From an uncultured Candidatus Rokubacteria bacterium (GTDB lineage: Bacteria > Methylomirabilota > Methylomirabilia > Rokubacteriales > DASRDR01), in assembly GCA_963805625.1 (NCBI GenBank), contig CAWDVE010000010.1, positions 96,001 through 160,000 on the forward strand: a DNA stretch of 64,000 bases, in the 5' to 3' direction. This document shows positions 31,909-42,903 of the stretch, in pieces (the stretch's first letter is position 1; each line of letters opens with the position of its first letter). The translations under genes and the position numbers were made by a program. The notes below the pieces were generated by a model, which made no database searches, was not told where the DNA came from, and saw nothing but the letters and a program-made list of their open reading frames with translations.

Positions 31909-34578
31909 TCAGGATTGCAGAACGCGGGGTTCTTTAAGCCCGCGGATGAAATGACCGCTCGTGATGCCTCCCAGAGAACGTAATCTGACAGCGTCTTTCA
32001 GGGCATCAAGCCGGGGATCGTCATGCCGGATGCCGTCTTTTGCCAGGGTTATTGCCTGGCGGTATATCCGTGTCATATCTGCAGCATAGGCTCTGGTCCT
32101 GCCCCGTGCATCGATGACCACATCACTGACACCGATCTCCATGAGGGACGGGAGATGATCGATCAGGCATATCTCCGCGGCATTGTAAATGTGGCTTCGG
32201 CATTCACCATCAATCCGTACCGGGAACAGGTGCCCGGTAGCATCCATTATTCCGGAGAATGCTGAAGTCCCTGGATATTCTTTGCCACTGCACTGTAACC
32301 ATGGCTGGAGAATACAGTCTTCTGATATCATCGCCTCACTATTTCCCTGCACGATGAGGGCAAACTGCGTCGCAAGTCCCCGGGATCGGGCAGATGCGAT
32401 CAGGACACGGATCTCGTCACGCGAAAGTTCCGGCGAGAGTGTAAGCAACCCGACGGATGAAAGTGCCTGCGCGGACAGGTGGTTGAAGATATTGAGCCCG
32501 GCAGCACCGGAAAGGCAAACCTTCGGATCGGTATGCATGAGGGCATATGCCGTCCCGTAATTTTCGGCCATATAGTCATGGATGCCCATTCTTACGAGGC
32601 GGGGTACTATTGAAAGAAATGCGTTAAGACTGGTATCTTTCAGAATTTTTGGTGATTTACAGACGAACCGGACACCTGCCTCCCGGCAAATTCCAAAAAC
32701 AGCACTGATCTGCGTTTCCATTGACTGTGGATGAGGATGGGTGCAACAATGAGTCGAAGGATCGGAGTAGACCGGTTCAAAACAGATGGCATCACATCCG
32801 CCCTCAATTGCCCCCACTACACCTTCAGGTGAATCTGCATAGACCCAAAGGTCCAGGGACGATGACGGGCCGGGAGGTCCGGAAGTCCTGAGATGCACTC
32901 CGGGTTTCATTTCCTCCCAGCGCCGGTGTGCCTGGTTAACATCTGACAGTGAGGGTCGGTATGCAGTCACCAGTGTCTCCTCTGCCAGTACAAGAAATTC
33001 CCTCCGGGCACGGTTCAGTGAAGCGAGAGGTGCAAACATATCCCCGTCATAGGAGAGGGTAAAATTCCGTAGGGAGAACGGGGAACCTCCTGTTTTTATC
33101 AGCTGCCGGCTGAGCTGGTCCCGGGTAACCGGCCGGGTTTGTGCAGGTGCCATGCAGAAATCAGATCGGCAGGTGACCGGGATCTCCTGCCCGTTTCTCG
33201 TATGAATGACTCCCTCAAGCACCAGCCTGCCGTCCGCATCGACGCTGGCAGCAAGGTCGACAGGTACCGGGCGGACAAGGACGGACGAGGAATCTGCCGT
33301 GATCTGTCGTGCACGACGCCCCAGGTCTGTTGACGAAGTGATGTATACCCTCGCGCCAGGTTCCACCGGATGCGGAACTCTCAGGAGAATCTCTCCTTTT
33401 TTCTGCAGGGGGACGGTATTGAGGGAAAAACCGGATTCACGGTTGGTTTCAGGATGAATGATAAGGAGGCCGTCTCCGGGCGAAGGGATCATCCCGCCGA
33501 CAGATCTGACGGTGATGGTTTTTGACCGTTCGTCGTACCGTTTCACAACTCCTATGCAGATACCCCGGTTATCCCCGGCATCTCTTCCCATGAGGGCAGT
33601 ATGTCGCTGCCCGAAAAGATACCCGGACGTAAACCCGCGGTTGAATGCAAGGAGGAGGTCCTGAACTGCGCCTGCCGGTACACCTGCATCTCCCGAAGCA
33701 ATCGCATCGAGGGCTTTACGGTAGGTTGACACCACGATCGAGACGTATTCTGCTGATTTCATACGCCCTTCGATCTTCAATGAGACGACCGGGGACCTGA
33801 CGAGATCGGGCAGGTTTGTATACGTACAGAGATCTTTTGGGGAGAGCAGGAAGTGCCCGGGGGTGGGAACTTCACGGAGTCCGGTCGGCCTGCCATACTC
33901 GTCCGTTTCAGCGGTCACCAGCGAATAGGGTTTTCGGCAGGGCTGGGCACACATCCCCCGGTTTCCGCTCCTTCCGCCGATCACTGAGGAGAGGAGACAC
34001 TGGCCCGAGTAGGAATAACAGAGTGCACCGTGTGCGAAGACTTCGAGACCGATGCCGTATTTACCCGTTTCCCGTGCAATGCGGGATATTTCTTCAAGGG
34101 TAAGCTCACGGGCAAGGACAACCCGCGAAAAGCCCTGTTCTGCCGCCCACCTGACACCATCGGTTGAATGGATGGTCATCTGGGTTGAAGCGTGGAGAGG
34201 CAGCTGTGGCACAATGTTACGGGCGAGTGCGACCACTCCGGTATCCTGGATGAGCACCGCATCGGCACCCACTGAATAGAGCCAGATGAGATATTCAGCC
34301 ACCTGTTCCAGTTCCCGGTCATGGATAAGGGTGTTTATGGTAACGTAAACCCGGACATCCCTGCGATGGGCATAGGTGATTGCCTCTTCAATCTCCGCAT
34401 CAGTAAAATTCGGTGCAGACCTGCGGGCGCCAAACTGTTTCCCGCCCAGGTATACGGCGTCCGCTCCTGCAGCAACAGCCGCCCGGAACGCCTCCGGTGA
34501 CCCGGCAGGTGCAAGGAGCTCGGGAAGAGAGGTCCCGCTTCGGATTTGGGAGGACTGTTGCATCGGTGTACCGTTCAT
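31909..34578 (-). CDS. Large U32-family protein (RlhA-like RNA hydroxylase) with C-terminal extension
   Basis: PELLAPAG, GADAVY, HASTQ, HGALCYSYSGQC, NRGMCAQPCR and LKIEGRMK. Confidence 0.9.
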   Translation of the reverse strand: MNGTPMQQSSQIRSGTSLPELLAPAGSPEAFRAAVAAGADAVYLGGKQFGARRSAPNFTDAEIEEAITYAHRRDVRVYVTINTLIHDRELEQVAEYLIWLYSVGADAVLIQDTGVVALARNIVPQLPLHASTQMTIHSTDGVRWAAEQGFSRVVLARELTLEEISRIARETGKYGIGLEVFAHGALCYSYSGQCLLSSVIGGRSGNRGMCAQPCRKPYSLVTAETDEYGRPTGLREVPTPGHFLLSPKDLCTYTNLPDLVRSPVVSLKIEGRMKSAEYVSIVVSTYRKALDAIASGDAGVPAGAVQDLLLAFNRGFTSGYLFGQRHTALMGRDAGDNRGICIGVVKRYDERSKTITVRSVGGMIPSPGDGLLIIHPETNRESGFSLNTVPLQKKGEILLRVPHPVEPGARVYITSSTDLGRRARQITADSSSVLVRPVPVDLAASVDADGRLVLEGVIHTRNGQEIPVTCRSDFCMAPAQTRPVTRDQLSRQLIKTGGSPFSLRNFTLSYDGDMFAPLASLNRARREFLVLAEETLVTAYRPSLSDVNQAHRRWEEMKPGVHLRTSGPPGPSSSLDLWVYADSPEGVVGAIEGGCDAICFEPVYSDPSTHCCTHPHPQSMETQISAVFGICREAGVRFVCKSPKILKDTSLNAFLSIVPRLVRMGIHDYMAENYGTAYALMHTDPKVCLSGAAGLNIFNHLSAQALSSVGLLTLSPELSRDEIRVLIASARSRGLATQFALIVQGNSEAMISEDCILQPWLQCSGKEYPGTSAFSGIMDATGHLFPVRIDGECRSHIYNAAEICLIDHLPSLMEIGVSDVVIDARGRTRAYAADMTRIYRQAITLAKDGIRHDDPRLDALKDAVRLRSLGGITSGHFIRGLKEPRVLQS

Positions 34579-34579
34579 G

Positions 34580-35104
34580 TTACAAGACCAGCCTGAAAAT
34601 ACCGATCGTCGCAAGCAACGTTACGATCGAGATGGATATATATCCCACCATGATCAGGAAAATCGAGAGATCCCGTCGCCACCCGAGTACCCGGGATAGT
34701 GCCGGGCAGACATAGAATCCGAAAATGATAACGCAGGGAATCAGGCCAAGTATCCCGTATTTTGTCAGGATTGCGGAATGATGTGCCTTTTCTTCTGATT
34801 TTTTCAGAAACCCGGATACTCTCGGGGAATATTCACCCATTATATCAAATATATCGAACATGGTCAGGGTTACCCCGAAAGCAACACAGACAAGGACGTA
34901 GAGGACATAGATCGGGTGTAACCCAAGACCGATGCCCAGGGCAGCAGCACCATATTCAATAATAAAGGTACCGGTAATGAGGGCAAGACCGGATGAAAGG
35001 GGGAAGCCGAACAGGAATACCGGGATAAGGGGCAGTACAATGGCCAGGAGAAAACCCCTGGTAATCGCAGGGCACAGATCACGCAGGAAACGGGCGACCT
35101 CCAT
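34580..35104 (-). CDS. Hypothetical membrane protein (small multidrug export-like)
   Basis: Four to five hydrophobic helices and KYGILGL; abuts the U32 gene. Confidence 0.7.
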   Translation of the reverse strand: MEVARFLRDLCPAITRGFLLAIVLPLIPVFLFGFPLSSGLALITGTFIIEYGAAALGIGLGLHPIYVLYVLVCVAFGVTLTMFDIFDIMGEYSPRVSGFLKKSEEKAHHSAILTKYGILGLIPCVIIFGFYVCPALSRVLGWRRDLSIFLIMVGYISISIVTLLATIGIFRLVL

Positions 35105-35182
35105 ATCTGATAGAGAAATGAGAGATAAAAAGAGATAAACTGGTCTCTTTTCCCGGCGGTCAGGAAGAATAACGGAATTGTA

Positions 35183-35474
35183 GGCTCAGGAGAAACAGGC
35201 ATGAACGGGAATGGTTCTCACCCAACCATGAAAATCATTAAACCATGCAATTTCAGGAGGATCCCCGCCTCAGGGCCTCTCCGAGGCACGGCGGGGCAGG
35301 ACGGTGTTTGCAAATATACTCCCTCGTACTGATCCGCCGCGGGGGCGCCCCGTCGGGGGCGGCGGGGTTCATCGCAAATAATTAAGAGTGTAAACCTTCC
35401 ACTACGCACAAATGTTTAATTCTATTATCATGAAAAATCCTCAGAATATTTTCTTAACGCTCTTTTGGGGCTAC
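35183..35474 (-). mobile_element. Inverted MITE-like repeat copy (module A truncated, orientation 1)
   Basis: Reverse complement of modules C, B and the linker, then AAATCCTCAGAATATTTTCTTAACGCTCTTTTGGGGCTAC. Confidence 0.82.
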
Positions 35475-35550
35475 ATCATGTAATATCTACCTTGTCAATC
35501 AGAGAAATGGTGCATCTTTTTTTTATCATAGGCACCAAGGTACGGAGTAC

Positions 35551-36186
35551 ATGAAGATTGTCGCTGCGCTCACCGATCCATCCCAGGCCTCCTCTGCACA
35601 GGATCTCGGGGCAGATATCATCGAGCTCCGGTTCGATCTGATGGAGGACGATCCTCTGACCTGTGTACAGATATGCAGGGATGCCTGTCCATTACCCATA
35701 ATCGGCACGATCCGGTCGGCGCAGGAAGGCGGAATGTTTTTCGGGGATGCAGCAGCATGGCTGGAAAAGATATGCCCGGTCGTCCCGCTGGTTGATTATA
35801 TCGATATAGAGCAGCGGTTTGCATCCTGTGCATCTCAGGTCCGCGAGAGCGGGAAAATGATCATCGCCTCGCACCATACCGGTATGATGCTGTCCCTGCC
35901 GGAACTGTTTGCCCTTGAGCGGGATCTCAGGGCGTATGGCGACATCGTAAAGATTATCGTTACACCCCGGAACAAAGGAGATATCCTTGAGCTGCTCGAG
36001 TTCACCCATGCGATAAAAAAACCTGTCTGCACCGGCGTGATGGGTGCACAGTTCAGGTACGCCCGGGCAATCCTGCCGCTCTTTGGATCCGGGCTTGTAT
36101 ACTGTCACACCGGCACCAGGACAGCTGAAGGCCAGTATTCGGTGCAGGAATTTGTCTCCCTTATGAAACTGCTGAAAAACGGGTAG
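35551..36186 (+). CDS. aroD: Type I 3-dehydroquinate dehydratase
   Basis: IELRFD, TIRSAQEGG, YIDIE, SHH, IVKI, MG...R and TAEGQ. Confidence 0.9.
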   Translation: MKIVAALTDPSQASSAQDLGADIIELRFDLMEDDPLTCVQICRDACPLPIIGTIRSAQEGGMFFGDAAAWLEKICPVVPLVDYIDIEQRFASCASQVRESGKMIIASHHTGMMLSLPELFALERDLRAYGDIVKIIVTPRNKGDILELLEFTHAIKKPVCTGVMGAQFRYARAILPLFGSGLVYCHTGTRTAEGQYSVQEFVSLMKLLKNG

Positions 36187-36488
36187 GGATCCTTTTTCTG
36201 TGAGAATACACTGAAATCCGTAGTACTTATTGTTGTTCTGAAAATGTATTGAGGCACAACCATTATTAATCGCCTGTTAATACGGAAAATTTTGTTATCG
36301 CGAAACACTGACAACTTTAAACCCTCTCTTTTTTAGGTATAGTGAGTGGAGACTGAAACGGGCACTCGTGTCAGGAATAAAGAGAAAAATATATTAAAAT
36401 TAAGTGGATAGAATCTTCCATCGATCATTAAACCAAGTGGTAGACCAAGTGGTTAAAGAAAATAAAAGAAATTGAGGCAGAAATTATT

Positions 36489-36863
36489 ATGAGAACAGAG
36501 GAAGTGAGGTATTTCACTGAAAAGGAAATGGAGTTCGCAAATCTTCTCATTGAGATCGGGACGAGGAAAAGTGTCGCAAAGGTATTAGTATTCCTCGCAA
36601 ATATTCCGGAAGCTTCCTCAAGGGACATAGAAAGAGGAACAGATCTTCGTCAGCCCGAGGTCAGCATCGCTATGCGATATCTTACCGGTCAGAGATGGAT
36701 CACTTACCATGAAAGGAAGGATGAGGGCAAAGGCCGTCCGGTCAAGATATACGAATTGTCCCGCCCGATGCATGAAATAATGAACAGTATTGAAAATGAA
36801 AAGAAGAATGAGGCGGCAAATCAGCTCGCACTTGTTCAGAAATTACAATATTATCTCCGCTGA
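36489..36863 (+). CDS. ArsR-like winged-helix regulator (methanogen family)
   Basis: SRDIERGTDLRQPEVSIAM...GKGRPVKIY. Confidence 0.85.
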   Translation: MRTEEVRYFTEKEMEFANLLIEIGTRKSVAKVLVFLANIPEASSRDIERGTDLRQPEVSIAMRYLTGQRWITYHERKDEGKGRPVKIYELSRPMHEIMNSIENEKKNEAANQLALVQKLQYYLR

Positions 36864-37015
36864 AGTGACCGAGTCACCATGATTCCGTCTTCAACATTCT
36901 CAGCATCCCAACGAATTATTTTCCTTCCCTGATGTGAATACATTCACCACCTTTCCAGCGCTCACAATCTTCTTTGTGGCACGGGACACAGCCAGGAACG
37001 AAGTCGATGCCATGT

Positions 37016-37321
37016 CTATCCAATGGTGAATTGAATTTTTCCGGCAGCGCCAGTACGTGACCATGATCCTGGATTGTAGGTGTCATAGGCCCACTCCCCC
37101 AGGTGCGTAGTCGAAAGATTCTCCACCGCTGTTTCCAAGCCGGTAACCCGTGTTGCCAAAGCGGTAATCTGGGTCTGTAATTCATTCAATAGGTCCCAAA
37201 TTTTATTAAAAGGAAATCCCTTCGGCAAAGGATTGTCTGTTGGCAACGTGGCCGCTACTGGTGCAATGACCATCGCAAGGATCACCAGCGCGACAGCGAT
37301 TGTAAGTATCTTCTTGTCCAT
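37016..37321 (-). CDS. Hypothetical secreted protein with short coiled coil (C-terminus uncertain)
   Basis: Signal peptide MDKKILTIAVALVILAMVIAPVAA, GGAG SD and LNELQTQITAL. Confidence 0.55.
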   Translation of the reverse strand: MDKKILTIAVALVILAMVIAPVAATLPTDNPLPKGFPFNKIWDLLNELQTQITALATRVTGLETAVENLSTTHLGEWAYDTYNPGSWSRTGAAGKIQFTIG

Positions 37322-37804
37322 TTTCTTACTCCTTCACAATATCATGAGAGAGGGTGACAGCACGATAAGCATATGAGTCATCCCAATCGGTCGGACATTA
37401 TCCGGGAAATTTTATAAAATATCTTCCAAAAAACAGATTTCATATCAAATTTTGAAACAAATCAATTTCAAAACAGATGCGAATGGGTGGGACCCCCCCC
37501 AAATGGTTCTAATCCACTCAAGATCGAATTTCAATGGGTAACGCGGGTTGTTGCAGACTGGGCAGTACTGCCAATTCAACGTTAACCAGTTCTCAAAAAA
37601 ATATTCAGCCATCAAAACAACCTGGTAAATTTTCCGAACTTGATCAGAAAATTTACACGGAATTTTTGAGTTATCTCGAAATTATCAAAATTTGACAGTT
37701 ATCAGTATGTGTTGGCACGATACCAACCATTATTATCTTCTATAAAGAAGTGCAGGTATTCTGCGTTCACTGCGATGGACGTGAATCTGACTAAGGTGAC
37801 CGAC

Positions 37805-38695
37805 ATGGAAAAAACTTATCCGTACGGAAAGGGGGACGGGACGATCCGATGGGTCTCGGGAGAATGGCTGGAGAGCCACCTCCAGGATAAAGGGCTTATT
37901 ATCATCGACTGCCAGCCGAATATTCACGAGTATATCCAGGATCATATCCCCGGTGCCCTGTATGCGCACGAGAACCTGTTCCGGATACACGACGGTGCGA
38001 TTCCGACCCGCTGGATTCCGGCAGATGCTGCGGAGATCCTGTTCAGGACCCTGGGACTTGAACCGGAAAAACCGGTAGTCATCTACTCAAGCAGCGGCCC
38101 TCTCACGACCTGCGCCACCTTTATCGGCGACGGGCTCGAGCAGACCATGGTCGCATACACGTTGGCCCGGTACGGCCACCGGAATGTGTATGTGCTTGAC
38201 GGTGGCCTTGAGAAATGGAAGGAGGAAAAACGGCCCCTCACCCGGCAATTCGATCTCGCAAAACCCTCCTCGTTCACCGTTAACCTCCAGAAGGATTTTT
38301 TCGTCGACTATTACGAGTTCATCAGGCTCATGGACAAACCGGATGTTGTCCTGCTGGATGCCCGTCCCCCCCCGTTTTATGAAGGGCAGGGACCATGGAT
38401 CAGGCCCGGTCATATCCCGGGAGCTGTCAGCCTGCCATGGAAGGGCCTGATGGACGACAAAAACAAGAAACTCATGAAACCCGATGACCAGATCCAGAGC
38501 ATTGTCAAAGCGGCCGGAGCTACGCCGGATAAGACCATAATCTGTTCCTGCGGTACCGGCCGCGAGGCAACCAACGAGTTCCTGCTCTTCAGATATTACC
38601 TCGGGTACAAAAACGTGGTTCTTTACGAAGGCGGGTTTACCGAGTGGGCATCCTACCCGAATAATCCGATCGTGACCGGGAAAAACCCCCGGTAA
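37805..38695 (+). CDS. Tandem-domain rhodanese/sulfurtransferase
   Basis: HIPGA twice, LDGG...W, CGTGREA and YEGGFTEW; GGTGA SD before MEKTY. Confidence 0.9.
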   Translation: MEKTYPYGKGDGTIRWVSGEWLESHLQDKGLIIIDCQPNIHEYIQDHIPGALYAHENLFRIHDGAIPTRWIPADAAEILFRTLGLEPEKPVVIYSSSGPLTTCATFIGDGLEQTMVAYTLARYGHRNVYVLDGGLEKWKEEKRPLTRQFDLAKPSSFTVNLQKDFFVDYYEFIRLMDKPDVVLLDARPPPFYEGQGPWIRPGHIPGAVSLPWKGLMDDKNKKLMKPDDQIQSIVKAAGATPDKTIICSCGTGREATNEFLLFRYYLGYKNVVLYEGGFTEWASYPNNPIVTGKNPR

Positions 38696-38855
38696 CTGCG
38701 GATTTCATTTTCAAGGTATCCGATCCTTTTCGTGGGTATTTTCCTAAACTATCATCGGATAAAGTTCCATCCCGAATCGTGAAAAGCGTAAGAATCAGAA
38801 ATAATGAAGGTTCCCTCAGACTCTGAAATAATGAAGGTTCACTCCTCTATTTTAT

Positions 38856-38986
38856 CAGATAGGATGAACGCCGCCGCCCCCGAAGGGACGCCCCCGCGGC
38901 GGATCAGATCGAGGGATTATTTTGCATAACACCTTCCTGACCCGCCGTGCCTCGGAGAGGCCCTGAGGCGGGTGATGCTCATAAAT
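38856..38986 (+). repeat. Stand-alone module B copy
   Basis: GATGAACGCCGCCGCCCCCGAAGGGACGCCCCCGCGGCGGATCAG...GCCTCGGAGAGGCCCTGAGGCGGG...CTCATAAAT. Confidence 0.85.
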
Positions 38987-39214
38987 ACATCGGATATGGC
39001 AGGCTTTGGATCAATATTCATGAGAATATTTTAACGATTTTGACGTCACTTCTTAACAATGCCATTAAAAACAGTAACAAATTGATTTTCCAGGAAATTA
39101 TTGCATCACGAACAAACCCTTACGTTTGTTATTCGTAAACCTTCAAAACCCGCGACTGCAGATTACCTCTCCAAACTCGCACAAAAAATAGTATCACTGA
39201 GTGATGAGACCTTT

Positions 39215-40201
39215 TCATCCATACTTGTCCTGTTCCAGTAAACAGTCCATCAATACCAGTGCCAGCATGGCCTCAGCGACCGGCAGGATACGCGGAACGA
39301 TGCAGGGATCGTGTCTCCCTCTCACGGAGATTCCAACCATGTGCCCGTGAATGTCCCGTGTCTGCTGGAGCTTTGTAATTGAAGGGGTCGGCTTGACGGC
39401 AATCCGGACAACAATATCCTGGCCGGTGGAGATGCCGCCAAGGATACCCCCGGCATGGTTGGACGAAAATCCGTCCTTTGTCATCTGGTCGTTGTTCTCG
39501 CTGCCGAACCTGCCTGCAACCGCAAACCCGTCACCGATCTCGACTCCCTTGACCGCACCTATACCCATCATGGCCCCGGCCAGCTGTGCATCCAGTTTTC
39601 CAAAGACCGGATCGCCAAGGCCGGCGGGACATCCCCGGGCAACAATCTCAGCGATACCTCCCACCGAATCTCCCGCCTCTTTTGCATTGAGGATTTCCTG
39701 CTCAATATCGGCAGGGGAGGTTTTACCGTGCACCGCTGAAATCCTGCTCCCGATGGTGATGCCCCGGGCTGAAAGATATTTCAGGGCAACTGCACCGGCA
39801 GCGACACGGCCGATGGTCTCGCGCCCGGAACTCCTTCCCCCGCCACGGTGATCCCGTATACCGTACTTTTCCTGGTACGTGAAATCCGCATGGCCCGGGC
39901 GGAATTTTTCACGGAACTCTTCATAATCCTTCGATTGCTGGTCCTCATTACGTACCATGAGTGCAATCGGGGCGCCGGTGGTTTTCCCTTCGAAAATCCC
40001 GGACAGGATCTCCACCCGGTCCTTCTCCTGCCGTGGTGAAGAGAGCGGGGATGTTCCCGGCCGCCGCCGATCGAGAAATGGCTGGATATCTGTCTCTGCC
40101 AGGTCCATGCCGGGCGGGCAGCCATCTATGATAACTCCGATAACGGGCCCATGGCTCTCACCAAAGGTGGTAATCCGGAAATTCCTGCCCAGTGAATTCA
40201 T
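39215..40201 (-). CDS. aroC: Chorismate synthase
   Basis: FGESHG, RPGHAD, RSSGRET, GDSVGG, KPTPSI and GRHDPC. Confidence 0.95.
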   Translation of the reverse strand: MNSLGRNFRITTFGESHGPVIGVIIDGCPPGMDLAETDIQPFLDRRRPGTSPLSSPRQEKDRVEILSGIFEGKTTGAPIALMVRNEDQQSKDYEEFREKFRPGHADFTYQEKYGIRDHRGGGRSSGRETIGRVAAGAVALKYLSARGITIGSRISAVHGKTSPADIEQEILNAKEAGDSVGGIAEIVARGCPAGLGDPVFGKLDAQLAGAMMGIGAVKGVEIGDGFAVAGRFGSENNDQMTKDGFSSNHAGGILGGISTGQDIVVRIAVKPTPSITKLQQTRDIHGHMVGISVRGRHDPCIVPRILPVAEAMLALVLMDCLLEQDKYG

Positions 40202-41587
40202 GCGATGAACTCCTTTACTTTTTCTGCCGGGACATCGATGCCGAAGAAGAGGTAAAACTGCTCCCGTGCCTGTTCGACAAACATCTCGGTTCCGCTGATT
40301 ATACGGCACCCCTTTGCCTGCGCTGCTTCAAGCAGCGGGGTCATCGGGGGTGTATAGACGAGGTCGAATACGGTGAGGTCTCTGTACAACTGGTCTTCCC
40401 GCAGGGGATTACGGGTGTCCGGCTGCATGCCGAGAGGGGTCGCGTTCACGACAAGATCCGGTTTTATACTGTCAAACTTATCCCAGGTCCCCCACGCACA
40501 GCCGAACCGTTCTGCGAGTTTCTTTGCGTTCTCCGGAGTCCGGTTCAGGATCGTCACGTCCATATCAAGATCTTTCATGGCATAGGCTGCCCCTGCCGCC
40601 ACACCACCCGCACCCAGGAGGACCGCCTTTGCACCTTTCATGGAGATGAGAGGTTTGCGGACCCCGAGCCAGTCCGTGTTGTAGCCGATGGCGGTTCCGC
40701 AGGCAAAGACGACCGTATTCACGGCCCCAATCTGCTGTGCCGCGTGCTCGTCAATCTCATCGAGGTACTGTATCACCTCATGTTTGAAGGGGATGGTTAC
40801 GGACAGTCCTTTGGCATCGATTGCACGGGCGACTTCCATGATCTCGTCCAGTTCAGGGTCCTCAAACCAGGTATAGTGGTAATTGAGGCGGTAATGATCA
40901 AAAAGTGCATTGAAGAGCCGGGGGCTCCTGCTGTGCGCACACGGGTATCCGGCAACTCCCATGATCCGCATCGTTGGATCTGTAGTTGCGCCGACAAGTA
41001 TGTCCTCAAGTTTTTTCAAGGGGGCCGGGGAAGCGCACGGTCCTGAAAAATTCAAGCGCCCTGTTCCGCTGAGCGGTGGTGGGAACTCCTTCGCGCAGCC
41101 GTACCAGGATAGTTTCTGCAGCCTGGACAGGCGAGGTCTCGCTGGTGTCCGTGCAGAAATCCGCGGAGGCGTAATAATTCCGCCTCCGGCGGTCCATCAT
41201 GGAAGCGATCTCTTCATGGAGGGGAAGGGTGGTGAGCGGGGGCCTGGGTTTTTTTATCAGCCGCTGTTCGATGGTATCGATGTCAGCTACCAGGAGCACG
41301 ATGGTACTTTCACGACGGAGATATTCCATGTTTTTTGGATCGCAGACAACACCTCCCCCCGTACTTACGATGGCATCTGCTGCGGGGAGCGTTGAGATTA
41401 CCTCACGCTCTGCACTGCGGAATCGTTCCTCCCCGTCATAATGGAAAATATCGGGTATGGAACGCCCGGTCCCTGACTCGATCAGATTATCGGTGTCAAT
41501 AAAAGGGACGTTCAGCCGCGATGACAGGATCCTGCCAATCGCGGTTTTCCCGGTCCCGCGAAAACCGGTCAATACAATTCTTCTCAT
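40198..41587 (-). CDS. aroE: Probable shikimate kinase-shikimate dehydrogenase fusion (frameshift near 41025)
   Basis: AroK part [19 protein letters not shown]; AroE part HSRSP, VTIPFK, GAVNT, NTD, GAGG, NATPLGM. The frames overlap at a CCCCGGCCCCC run. Confidence 0.85.
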
Positions 41588-42903
41588 TGTTGTATCCTCT
41601 CAAGTATATCCCAGAATCCCGGGAACGATTTATTCACGCACTCCGCATGGGTGATGGTAACCCCGCCGATTCCCATACCCAGCACCGCAAAACTCATCGC
41701 CGTGCGGTGGTCATTGGCCGGATCAATGGGAGCCCCGTGGAGTGGGGAGGGGCGGATGGTGATCCGGTCATGCCCGACCTCCACGTCCCCCCCGAGCGCA
41801 CGTAATCGTTCTGCAGGTACTCGTGATACGGTCGCTCTCCTTGAACTTTAAATGACTGATCCCGGTGATTGTCGAGGGTGTTGTTGCCATGGCAGCGACC
41901 ATGCAGAGCGTCTGGACGGTGTCCGGTGACGATGACATATCAACCGTGATCCCGCAGAGGTCTCCGGTCCTTTCTACCGTCACTGCATTGCCCGAACAGG
42001 TTACCGTACATCCCATAGACCTGAGTGCGTCAGGAAATCTCCGGTCACCCTGTACGGAATCCGGGTTCAGGTTTTTTACCGTTACCCTGCCGCCACAGAC
42101 CGCCGCAAGTGCGAAAAAATAGGAGGCTGACGAATAATCCCCTTCAACAGCATACGTCCTGCCCAGGTACTTCCGGTTGTTGTGTACAAAAAAGCGGGCA
42201 TATCCCTCTCGTTTGAAATCCGCTCCAAAAGCCTGCATCACCTCGAGGGTGATATCAAGATAGGACCGGGAGGATGGAGGGGAGGGGATGACAAGCTCAA
42301 CGTCTGTTTCTGCATACGGGGCAACAAGAAGGATCGAGGAGATGAACTGGCTGCTGATCGTGCCGTCAACAACAACGCTTCCTCCCTTAAGATCCCGCTC
42401 ACCCTGACCGGGGATATCCGTCATTTTTCACGTAATCGACAGTCGCCCGCTCACCCTGACCGGTGGATATCCGTCATTTTTCACGTAATCTGACTGATCC
42501 ACCGATACTCCGGAGTGCAGACACGAGCGGACCTATCGGGCGCTCCTGCATCCTTTCACTGCCGGTGAGGATTACCGGATTCCGGCAGAGAAGAGCAACG
42601 GACGCAAGAAGGCGAAGACTGGTCCCTGAGTTATCAAGGTCGAGAACGGTCGTTTCTTTTGTCGGAAACACGCCGTTGTTTCCCTGTATGATAATCCGGT
42701 CCGGTCCTTCCGTAATCGCCAGAACCCAGTGCTTTGAGGGCCTGTATCGTCAGCCGGGTATCTTCAGCATAGAGCGGATTGAGTATCGTCGTTGTACCGT
42801 TCCCGAGGGATCCGGTGAGGAGCGCCCGGTGCGTGTAGCTCTTGGACGGCGGTGCAGTGACCTCCACATCCACCGTCCCCTGGCGCCGGAGCGTGATGTT
42901 CAT
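41584..42903 (-). CDS. aroA: EPSP synthase (several frameshifts and a noisy ~50-bp duplication)
   Basis: PPSKSYTHR, NSGTSLR, ISSQFISS, GDYSSA, KESDR, DHRTAM and VNKSFPGFW spread over different frames. Confidence 0.88.

Noticed and set aside
38798-38840. 16-bp direct repeat GAAATAATGAAGGTTC, two copies
   Set aside because: Only two copies, between convergent genes beside a repeat module; probably a local duplication.
42394-42494. Imperfect ~50-bp tandem duplication inside aroA
   Set aside because: The copies differ by scattered indels in an error-dense stretch, so a consensus artefact is most likely.
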